From contig NC_068997.1 of NCBI RefSeq assembly GCF_001194135.2, positions 2,352,243 to 2,409,825 on the forward strand: 57,583 nt of DNA, written 5' to 3'. Positions 11,991 to 23,014 of this stretch are shown piece after piece. Numbering within the stretch: the stretch's first letter is position 1; every line of letters begins with the position of its first letter. A program made the translations under genes and the position numbers. The stretch is from Octopus bimaculoides. Lineage: Eukaryota. The notes beneath the pieces were generated by a model that searched no databases, was not told the DNA's origin, and saw nothing but the letters and a program-made list of their open reading frames with translations.

Positions 11991-12929
11991 CCTTACCACA
12001 CAGCCACATCTGCACCTATATATTGGTGACAGGAAAGGCGTCCGGCCATAGAAAATCTACTTTATCAAATTTTCTCTGATACATGCAAGCATGGGAAAGT
12101 AGAAGTTAAATGATAATGATGATGATGTGTATGCTTTTATGTTGTCAAGTAGTATGTTCTTGGTTATGGCGTATAACCTGTCAGAAAGTTATTGACTGTT
12201 ACACACCTACTATTTCACTTGAAAATATTAATGTCTCTTCAGACATTCTGGTCGGAAGTGCATACGTTAGTGTATCCTGAAGGTGAATATTCAGTCTTTG
12301 TTCACTCAGTGGCGATAAATAGTGGAATAAAATGAAAAAGGGGATGAAAAGGTGCAACATTATAACATTAGTCAGTTATATATAAAAGGAGAAGGAACAC
12401 AGTATGTAACCAACCGGAAATTGCCGGAACAATGTGGGCCATTATCAGAATGGAAGTAAGTAGTGCAAGTTTGTTTTGTGAAAAAGAAAATAATTTTGAA
12501 CAAATTTTAAACGGTCTGGGTACCTTCCTGAACTCAAAAAGTGAAATTTTTTGCTGATGCTCTCATAATAGAAAATTCATTTTTCAGATGTGGTTATCCC
12601 GCTTTTTGGACAAGAGAGCATATGCAGACACAGCTGGGTCCTTTCAGCCATGGCTAAAATCATACCAATGCAGGCAACTATGTTTTGCTCACCAGAAAAA
12701 TGTAATAATTCTTCAACTTTTCATCACTTTCTTCTTTCTTTCCATTTCTTATTCATCACCAGCATAAAATAGACTGTGCACTTCTATTTGCCAGCATGTC
12801 TAAAGAATCATCATTATTAATGAGTGCAAAAGTAGGTGCATAACTATTGGTAACTTTACTTTCTGACCTGTTATATGCCATAATCAGGAATATACTGCTC
12901 AACTATATGAAAAAAGTATTACTGGTCAA

Positions 12930-13136
12930 TACTCTTTTACTTGTTTCAGTCATTTGACTGTGGCCATGCTGGAGCACTGCCTTTAGTCAAGCAAATCGAC
13001 CCCAGGACTTATTCTTTGTAAGCCTAGTACTTATTCTATCGGTCTCTTTTGCCAAACCGCTAAGTTACGGGGGCAAAAACACACCAGCATCGGTTGTCAA
13101 GCGATGTTGGGGGGGGGGGACAAACACAGACACACC

Positions 13137-13170
<34 letters not shown>

Positions 13171-13343
13171 CACACATACATATGACGGGCTTCTTTCAGT
13201 TTCCGTCTACGAAATCCACTCACAAGGCTTTGGTCAGCCCAAGGCTATAGTAGAAGACACTTGCCCAAGGTGCCACGCAGTGGGACTGAACCCGGAACCA
13301 TGTGGTTGGTAAGCAAGCTACTTACCACACAGCAACTCCTATG

Positions 13344-13347
<4 letters not shown>
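12930..13347 (-). mobile_element. tRNA-derived SINE family A (internal TA/CA microsatellite), full length
   Basis: Reverse complement of the 51154-51570 copy: head ...gtggtaagtagcttgcttaccaaccacatggttccgggttcagtccc, tail ...ccagcatggccacagtcaaatgactgaaacaagtaaaagagt. tRNA-derived octopus SINE families are known, but I cannot assign a family name. Confidence 0.85.
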
Positions 13348-13387
<40 letters not shown>

Positions 13388-15535
13388 TATATATATATAA
13401 ATATTATTACAATAAATCAATATTATTTTCCAGTGATAAGCACTGTAAAGGTTGAATTAAAACTAGGAAATATTGGCACAAGGCACCAATGTTTCCTGGA
13501 AATAGCAGTCGATAACCATACAATGCTATGTGAAGCTTCTCTATACATTCAGTGAAGCTTTACATAATGCTGTATGGTTATCAACAGCTATTTCCTTCAA
13601 ACACTGTTGTCTTGTGCCACTATTTCCTATTTATATATATATACATATATATATATATCACCATTTAATATCCATTCTCCATGCTAGCATAGGTTGACCA
13701 CACAAATATTTAAAAAAAAGATAGGAGTTTTCATCAAGGGGAGCTAATAGGTATGTGCTCTAGTTGCTCAAATAGATATGCTGCTTAAATTCCTGTGTGA
13801 ATGGCAGTTGAAGCTGTAGTGTTGTGACTGCCTTATCCAAAGCAGCTAGAAGTGGCTTCCTCTTGAGTCAGTCGGTTTAGGTTAAACTACAAAGGAGAGG
13901 CAAACAATTTGGCAAGACTTGACTTGCCAAACTGCTTGCCTCTTCTTTCTACTTTAACCTACACATTAACCCCCCCCCCTCCCCACACACAATCACAAAA
14001 TCTTGGGTTTCATTTTCAGACCAGTGGGGTATTCTGTTTTTGAGTAAATCACTTCATTTCACGTTTTCAAGTTGCTCCAGTCCAGCCAGTTGTAAGTGGC
14101 ATTCTGCATTCCCTTAGGGAAAGTGTTTGCCTGCACACTTACCCAGCAGGGTGGCATCATTCAAATACTATAGCAATGTGAGGAGGCATTGTTATTAACC
14201 ACACTGTCAGATGTTGTTATATACCACTGCTCACAATGTCCTTCCTCACATGGCCGTGGCATTCAAATAATGCCAACCTGCTGGCTAAGTACACAAGCAA
14301 AGATTCCCCCTAAAAACGAATGTGGAATGCTTGTCAATTGCAGGGCTGCCCATTTACAGTTGAGTGAACTGAAGCAAACCGAAAATGTGAATTGAAGTGA
14401 TTTACTGTCACCACCACCACAACCTAAACCACCAAAACCACCACCACCACCACCACTGCCACTGCCACCACTGCAGCTGCTGCCGCCGCCACCACTTCTT
14501 CTTCTTCCACATCATCATCATCACTTTAATATCTATTAATGTAACATCGATGATCGAAGTTGGAACGACTTTAATCACAGATGTTCCAACTCTGTCAGAG
14601 AGTGTCGATTGGACGACATTTGTTCAATGTTTCTTCTTTGTGGTATGACAGTCACTAAAAGAAGTTTGTTGATGGCACAAGAAGGAAGAGAGGAGGAGGT
14701 GGACGACGACGACGATGACGACGATGGTGACGACGACAACCACTTAGTTGGATGATTGTTAATGGTGATGGTTAGAACAGGGAAAATAGTGAAACGTGAT
14801 TGAAACCAAACAATGGCTCAACCATTAAGTTCAATTAGATTACAGAGAAGATTCAAGTCAAAATGTTATACATTCATCATTTAAAACAGAGTAAAGCCAT
14901 CCAATGGAATGTAGTTCTTTATAGGATTACTAAACCTGCTAGAAACAACAATCGAATTTCCTTTAAACCACACCTTATCATTCTAAAACATGGACACATT
15001 GTTTGCGAAATGCCAGTATAATTTAATTGAACTCAATTCGCATACAAATGCCAAGTGCCAGCTTAAATCTGTAGATTCATTCAGTAACATTAGATAATGT
15101 ACCTCTAGATATGCTATGCCAGAGGGATAAACGATGAGTGAATGATGGTGAATAAGATGCATATGGCCTTAATGTCACCTGGATGAGAACTGACCTGAGG
15201 TTAACAATCAGAATACAAACTATCAACCAAGCCTAAGAATATCTCTCTCTATTACCTTGATGGAAAAAATCTGTACTCTGATTCCCTCTCCAGTACTCTA
15301 TCTACCCAACAATACCTGATCCACTCTAAATTGCAGACCAGTACTCTCCTCCCAACAAACCCACAGTATTGTATCTCACCAAGAATACTCTATTTACCCT
15401 TACAGACTAAACCATTCTCTCTTCCCTCTTTAGCATAGATCAGTACCCTATCCATACTACAGTACAGAACACGTACCCTACCCCACAGTACAGTACCCAT
15501 TCCAGCCTATAGTACCATATTCTACTTTAGTCCTG

Positions 15536-15807
15536 CCCTTAAGCATTTAAACTGGCCTTATCTGGTCCAAATATTCTACCTGTTTTATGTTCAAACTAGC
15601 CAGATCTGGTCTCTCACACTGACCCCACAATGTCATTGTAAAAACATACAATCATATCATCAAAATCTCGAAGCTACAAGACAATGCATGATTAATTCAA
15701 AACAATCTGAATAAAATAAGCTTTACATGTGACAAGTAATATGAGAGCAAAAAGCTTAAGAGGGAAGTTGTTTCATTCAAATTGTTTCAAGTGATGTCAC
15801 AGAATGT

Positions 15808-15842
<35 letters not shown>

Positions 15843-15920
15843 TAATGCATGATTAATTTAAAACAATGAGAATAAATAAATATTACATTTGTCAGAGTAA
15901 TCTGAATACAAAAGAGTTAA
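15536..15920. mobile_element. piggyBac-like MITE (CCCTT...AAGGG ends, TTAA-type flanks)
   Basis: Ends cccttaagcatttaaactggcc ... tctgaatacaaaagagttaa. Other copies at 17365-17450 (partial) and 22430-23014. The internal segment aatgcatgattaatt(c/t)aaaacaat is duplicated. Confidence 0.6.
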
Positions 15921-15961
15921 ACCAGAGAAGTTGACATAAATATATTTCCAAAGACACTTAC

Positions 15962-16096
15962 GTAAATTTGCTGATGATTAAATCGTTCATTAAGGTTTTG
16001 TATAAAGGCATCCTCTGTCATTGGATCCAAGAGGACAGCATCACTTATCCCAACATTGTTCTCAAATATCGACAATGTTCCTTTATGCAGTGCCAT
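15962..16096 (-). CDS. MYO1B: First coding exon (45 codons) of an unconventional class I myosin, MYO1A/MYO1B-like; the gene continues toward lower coordinates
   Basis: Translates MALHKGTLSIFENNVGISDAVLLDPMTEDAFIQNLNERFNHQQIY. This matches the myosin-I N-terminus pattern (GVxDxVLLxPxxExxFxxNLxxRFxxxxIY) and, from recall of the vertebrate sequence, the 45-aa start of MYO1B that ends at IY before TYIG. Acceptor tctttcAG (exon starts at 16114, 18 nt before the ATG), strong start context aagATGG, phase-0 donor TAC|GTAAGT at 15961. The TYIG...VNPY exon was not found between 1 and 15960. Confidence 0.92.
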
Positions 16097-16188
16097 CTTC
16101 AGACATTTGGACAGCTGAAAGAATTGAAGCAAAATAAACACAATGAATTTATAAGATATTTACTATTTGCATATGAGAAAGAGAGAGC

Positions 16189-16234
<46 letters not shown>

Positions 16235-16524
16235 GAGCGAGAGAGAGAGAGCGAGANNNNNNNNNNGAGCGAGAGAGAGAGAGAGCGAGAGAGAGAGAGC
16301 GAGAGAGAGAGAGTGAGAGAGCAAGAGAGAGAAAGTGTGTGTGTGCCTGTGAGTGTTTTATTTGGCTGTAAACTTGCATAAGTAGCACAAAGGCTGAGAG
16401 TTGCAATCATCACACTTAGCGAACTTCCTTATAAATTGCATGTTCACATTTTAGATCAAGAAAAATTCCAGTTTTTTCTGGTATTTTTGATTAATGATAT
16501 AATTAGGTCACATGTGAAGCACCA

Positions 16525-16703
16525 AACCAACCACATTCACTCCAACATTAAACTAGCCACACTCACTCCACCTCTGAACCTGTAACACTCACTTCAACAT
16601 TGAACCAGTCACACTCACTCTAACTCTGAACCAGCCACACTCACCCTAAAACTAAACCAACTATGCTCGCTCCAGTACTAAACCAGCCACACTCACTTCA
16701 ATG
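16525..16703. repeat. 26-bp minisatellite, about 7 degenerate units
   Basis: Approximate unit aaccagccacactcactccaactctg. Confidence 0.8.
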
Positions 16704-17480
16704 CAGTTACTTTACAATAGAGATCTGTACGAAGCAAACTGCTGAACAATTAAACAAGAGCAGTCACATGTCCACTAGCTTCACACATAAACACACTCAC
16801 ACAGAAACTCACAACTACACACACACACAACTTCTGATATCAAAGAGACTTAACAGATTTTTTTAGATATAGCTACCAATAATGATCGCTCCTCTCCACC
16901 CCACTGCAGCAAGACTTGTGAATGAATATGGAAGTAGGACCCAAGGGAGAATAAAACAAACTCTCATTAGGAAAATTCTAAAGTTTAAATTTTTAAAAAA
17001 TTAATCAACTAAAATAACAGCTGCATCAGCAGCCTTCATTATCAGTGGCAAAATATTGTTCGAATTAATTAATCAACCTGAGAACAGCATGAAAATTATT
17101 GTGAACAATCAAAGTGTTTCAGACAGAAAGCGAACAGGACCATCCAATATGGAAAGCACTTTAGTCACTTGCCAAAATCAAAAAGCATAGTACATAAGAC
17201 TGCTGTGTCACTAAGTAGTCCAATGGTCAAAGGTGACAACATTTTCTGCAATGATACTGACAAAATATATTTGGGTACAGAACCCCTTTTTCAGGACTTT
17301 CTCTGGAAATTAGCTATTCAAACAATACTGTGCTGTCTTCAGTCACTTCAAATGGCATTGTCTTAATCCTTTAACATTTAAACTAGCCATATCTAGCCAA
17401 AATATTTTACTTGTTTATGTTTAAACTGGTCAGATCCGGCCACTCATATCTATCCTATAATGTCATTATAACTAATAAAT

Positions 17481-17632
17481 GTAGTTGTATGGTAAGAAGC
17501 TTGTTTCCCATCCACATGTTTCTGCGTTCTGTTCCATTGTGTAACACCTGAGCAAGTGTTTTCTACTATAGCCTTGGGCTGACCAAAGCGTTGTGAATAG
17601 ATTTGGTAGATGGAAACTGAAAGAAGCCCATC

Positions 17633-17687
<55 letters not shown>

Positions 17688-17866
17688 CCTGTGTTTGTCC
17701 CTCCATCACTGCTTGACAACTGGTGCTAGTGTGTTTACATCCCTGTAACTTAGCTGTTCAGCAAAAGACACTGATAGAATAAGTACTAAGCTTTAAAAAG
17801 TACATTCAACTAAAAATTCTTCAAGGTGGTGCCCCCAGCATGGCTGCAGTTTAATGACTGAAACAT
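17481..17866 (+). mobile_element. SINE family A copy
   Basis: Aligns by eye to the family A consensus. Further partial copies at about 80-300(+), 1370-1480(-), 2535-2830(-), 6500-6700(+), 37630-38190(-, three fragments) and 47860-48060(+). Confidence 0.8.
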
Positions 17867-18344
17867 TATCATCAGTGAATGTCCAATTTCTATGATGGCA
17901 TGTATTGGATGGTTACTCAAAACCCAATGAGTACAAGGCTGCATCAGGCTCCATGTCAGTTTTTATAGTTGGATGCCCTTTCTAATGTCAACCACTTTAT
18001 AGTAAGTACCAGGTGCATTTTTCATGCCACCAACACTAGTGGGTTGCCAACTAACTTGCAAAATAGGAAAGGACAAGAAATGGAGAAAAGAGAAAGGGCA
18101 TCTTCACTAAGTGGAGGTGGTGGGAGCCAGGGATAAGCAGGTGTTTTGCAAGTTAATTGCTGACCTCACTAGTGTTGGTGCCATGAAAATAGAGGGACTC
18201 AGTACACTCTGTAAAGTGGGTGGCATTAGTAAGGGAAACTAGCCATAGAAACCATGCCCTAGCGGCTTTTGAAATTCAGCACAATCTTCTAGCTCAGTTC
18301 TTGCTGATCTGTCCAACCCATGCCAGCATGGAACACAGGCATTA

Positions 18345-18346
<2 letters not shown>

Positions 18347-18409
<63 letters not shown>

Positions 18410-18488
18410 TAACAACAACAACAACAACAACAACAATAATAATAATAATAATAATGATAATAATAATAATAATAATAATGATAATAAT
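18347..18488. repeat. (AAT)n(AAC)n(AAT)n compound microsatellite
   Basis: Visible directly. Other trinucleotide tracts at about 9440-9545, 14405-14525, 18697-18750, 29750-29810 and 45340-45430. Confidence 0.95.
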
Positions 18489-19120
18489 CCTTTCTACTAT
18501 AGGCACACAAGCAAGGCCTGAAATTTGAGGGGAGAGGACTAGTCGATTACATCGACCCCAGAATTTCACTGATACTAAATTTATCAACCCAGAAAGGATG
18601 AAAAGCAAAGTCGACCTTGGCAGAATTTGAACTCAGAATGTAGCAGCAGATGAAATACCGCTAAGCATTACATCCAGTGTCCTAACGGTTCTGTCACGAC
18701 GACGACGACGGCGACGGTGACGACGACGACGACGACGATGGTGATGATGATTTTTGTAGTCTGCAAAGCTAATGATGTCCATCGTCACCCTTACATGATT
18801 TGTTATTAAACTGTTCACATGCGTGTTCTCCAACATAGCAGGACTCCAGCAAATCAGATATTTATAGGCCATATGTTCTATATATTGTAATGGAATTGAT
18901 TTTCTATTATCAAGAGTTTCTAGTCAGCAAGGCTAGCTCAGTCAATAGAGCATGAGACTGTTAACCTTGGGGTTGTGAGTTCAAGGCTCACATTGTGCAA
19001 AGCAATTTTTTCAAGGCAGTACCTCAGCATAGAAGCAGTCCAGCAACAGAAACAGATAAAGGATAGTTCTGACCCCAGTATGAGCAAATGTCTATTGGGG
19101 TGACTGGTCAGTTAGCCAAG

Positions 19121-19390
19121 AGACCAACAAAACTCCTTGCAACACCAAAGATGAACTGAAAGCAAGGATTATGGCAGCATTCACCAAGTTAAAACAAGGA
19201 GACTATCCAAAAGAGATTCAGAACATTCCAAAGTCATCTGGAGGCCATGGTTAAAGCCAATGGCGATTTTATTTAATAAATTTTCTCTTTAGTATTTCAA
19301 GATATTTTTATCTAATCTTGGTAAATGTATCCGTTAAAATGAGATGTCAGTGTTACTTTCATTTTTGCGTAATTTAGATGACAGTTTATT
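19121..19390 (+). mobile_element. Tc1/mariner transposase 3' remnant
   Basis: Translates, with a frameshift, as ...TPCNTKDELKARIMAAFTKL / ...RFRTFQSHLEAMVKANGDFI*, resembling Tc1-family C-termini (RLEAVVxANGDFI). Confidence 0.7.
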
Positions 19391-19699
19391 GACTGCAACC
19401 TCTCTCTCCCTCTCTCTCTATATATATAATACACACATAGATATACATACATACATATATATATATAATTTTATCCCTTTTTGAATTTATTAATCAAATA
19501 TATACATGGAATATATTCAATGCTGAATTTTTTTATTCCTGTCTCAACACATGTGCCAAAACAACCCAGTAGTTTTCCCGCTTCTTCTTTGTTGAAGATT
19601 TACGCAGATAAACTTCATTCCTTTTGCTCGGTCGGATACCGAGAGTGTTCGTTTTTGGTAAGGTGAGAATTCTGTTTATTTGGATATGTTTTTCCTAAA

Positions 19700-19767
19700 C
19701 AATACTATGCTGATGAGCGGAGTCTAGAATCATTCTGGTAATCGCGAAATCGGTCGATACATAATTG
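19700..19767 (+). ncRNA. Type I hammerhead ribozyme, canonical core
   Basis: caat-ac-tatg CTGATGA gcg[23 nt]cgc GAAA tcg-gt-cga TA^ cata-attg. All conserved core positions are present and helices I, II and III pair. Confidence 0.8.
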
Positions 19768-19899
19768 AGTTATTTAAAAGAAAGTTGGTCTTCTTCTGTT
19801 GGTTGTTTTTCTTCGCATTCGGTACTAAATGTGTTTATTTCGGGAAGTCCAGTGTGTGGCATTATTCTATAGCAATGCCTCTTATATACACATATATAT

Positions 19900-19976
<77 letters not shown>

Positions 19977-19996
19977 CACACACACACACTTTTATT

Positions 19997-20330
19997 TTTT
20001 TGACTGCGGCCATGCTGGAGCACCGCCTTTATTTGAACAAATCGGTCTCTTTTGCTGAACTACTAAGTTACAGGAACATAAATACACCAACATCAGTTGT
20101 TCAGCAATGGTGGGGGAACAAACAGACACATACACACACACACACACGCATACACACACGCACACACACATATATATGTAAGTACATGACAGGCTTCTTT
20201 TTCTTTCCATCTACCAAATCCGCTCACAAGGCTTTGGTCGGCCTGAAGATATAGTAGAAGACACTTGCGCAAGGTATCATGCAGTGGACTGAACCTGCAA
20301 CCATGTGGTTGGGAAGCAAGCTTCTTACCA
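19997..20330 (-). mobile_element. SINE family A copy
   Basis: tgactgcggccatgctggagcacc...aaatccgctcacaaggctttggtcggcc...aaccatgtggttgggaagcaagcttcttacca. Confidence 0.8.
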
Positions 20331-20360
20331 TACACACAAACACACACACATATAAACATT

Positions 20361-20426
<66 letters not shown>

Positions 20427-21471
20427 CACATGCACATGCACACACATCTACACATACAAAGAGGTGCTTACATGTACCTACATATACACAAGCACATGTT
20501 CATGTGCATCCACACCCTGTAATATAGTCTCAAATATCTTTCCATATAATGTATGCACATCAGCGAAGCAGGCAACTTATACACATAAATGCATGCATGC
20601 ACACACAGATACACTGAGAATAGCATATTTTGAGAAAGACTGAGTGAACACCTATCTTGAGGGGTTGAAGATGATGATGATGGTGATGATGATGATGGTG
20701 AAGGTAGAGTCTTATTCTTTTCTTTAGCTTAACAAAAGTGAATATCTTTGCTGGACTGTATCTGGGGGTGAACTGGTTTCACCTCTGACCTCTGACCTTT
20801 GATACCAATTCATTGATAGTCAACTGAAGGTCACTTACAAATGACCAGCAATGTTAGTTTAGACTGTCTTACTGAGAGAGAGAGAGAGAGAGAGAGTGAA
20901 AGAGAGCAGGGTGGGGTGTATGTGTATGTGGTGGGAGATAGAAAAAAAAGATAAGTAGACATTAAGACTAAAAGACTGAGGGAGAGAGAGAGAGAGAGAG
21001 AGAAAGAAAGAGAAGTAGGGATAGTAGGAGGGAGAAAGAGGAACAGAGATAGTAGGAGGGAGAATGTGTAAGAGAGGTAGAAGTAGGACAAAAGAAAATA
21101 GTAAAAAGGAGAGATAGGGGACAGTAGGAGGGACAGTAAGAAAGAGAGAGAGAGAGAGAGAGGCAGGAAGAGTAGAGAAGGGAGAGGGGGAGAGAAAGAA
21201 ACAGAAAATTGAATATTTTTGTTGTTTTGGAGATTAAAATATAGTTTATAAATATCACATGAAAAATTGATTGCTAATAAATGCACACATATATAAATAC
21301 ACTAACACGCACACATACACATATACACTAACACACACACACACACACACACTAACACACACACACACACACATACACTAACACGCACACATACACACAT
21401 ACACTAACACACACACCCACATACACTAACACACATACACTAACACACACACACACACACTAACACACACG

Positions 21472-21517
<46 letters not shown>

Positions 21518-21558
21518 CTGAAATGTAGTATTATATNNNNNNNNNNCTAACACACACG

Positions 21559-21604
<46 letters not shown>

Positions 21605-22429
21605 CTGAAATGTAGTATTATATATATATATATATATGCATACACCGACTGACATAAATTTACAACACAGGCACATACAATATACATACACACACATATA
21701 TACACATTCACTGAAGCATATAGAAACTCACTTGCACACACCCATAAGTACATATACATACAGACATAAATGTAATATACAAACACAGTCACATGTACTC
21801 ATGAAACACACACACACACACACACACACATTACCACAATATTTAAGAGCACGATTGGAAAAATTAATCCAGAAATACCAAAGGGAGAAATCGGCACACA
21901 CACACACACTTTCATACAAGTAAATAAATCACCAGCAAATTAAGTTACATAGATGGTGAGATTATGAGCAGATAATTGAGTTGGGAGAGTATCACAGGAG
22001 TATACAGTTGATTGTGCAACTTTATTGTTGAAAAGGAAGTATAGTGTTGATAGAGCTACTGAATTGTTGGCAGGGTGAGTATTAGGTGAATTTTGTCCAT
22101 CAGATAGATCTATATGGATGTCCACTAAGACCCAGATCTAACTGCTGCTGGGTTACAGAATACGAGATGCAAAACCTAGGCAACACTGCATTAATGTAGT
22201 GTTTCTCAGACAGACAAAGAGGGCACTGGACTCCTCAGGTAATTTCCTTTCTCAAGGCACACTCAAGGGAGTGAGAGCTTGTGCCTGGAATTTCTTCCAA
22301 TAACATGCCAATTAACCCATAACTGGGACCCTAACAGGTGCTACTACCCCCAGTTAGAGTAAACCTGGGAACAATAGTAGCAAAGAAGTGATTCCTCACT
22401 TCTCAAAACTTTGCAACTCCTGAACCAGT

Positions 22430-23014
22430 TGAACCCTTTAGCATTTAAACGAGCTGTATCCAGCCCAAATATTCTATCTGTCTTATGTTCAAACCAGACA
22501 AATTCAGCCTCTAACACCTACCGTACAATGTCATTCTAAAAATAAGCAATCACATCACTGAAATGTTGGAGCCATGGGATATCTTTTATCTTTCATTTAT
22601 TTTGGTCATTAAACTGCTGGGGCACGACTTAAGAGAGATTTTAGTCAAATGAATCGATTTTAGTCAAATGAATCGATTTTTTAAGCCTGGTTCTTATTCT
22701 ATCAGATCTTTTGCCAAACTGCCAAGTGATGATGACATAAACACATAAGAACCAGCTGTTAAATGGTGGTGGAAGACAAACACAGGCACAAACACACACA
22801 CACATGACAGGCTCTTTTCAGTTTCCACCTGCCAAATCCACTCACAAGGCTTTAGTCAGTTTGAAGCTATAGTAAGAGACACTCGCCCAAGGTGCCACCC
22901 AATGGGACTGAAGCTGGGACCATGTGGCTGGGAAGAAAATGCATGATTAGTTCAAAACAACATGAATGAATAAACATAACAATTCACTGAATAATCTGAA
23001 TGTTGAAGGGTTAG
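22430..23014. mobile_element. piggyBac-like MITE interrupted by a family A SINE (about 22585-22937, minus)
   Basis: ttgaaccctttagcattt ... aatgttgaagggttag ends. Halves collinear with the 15536-15920 copy. Confidence 0.6.

Noticed and set aside
12400-12470. Minus-strand FHSDNGPH, an integrase-like word
   Set aside because: An isolated octapeptide with no supporting flanking similarity.
21458-21630. Direct duplication on both sides of the 10-N gap
   Set aside because: Typical unmerged contig overlap, so probably an assembly artefact.
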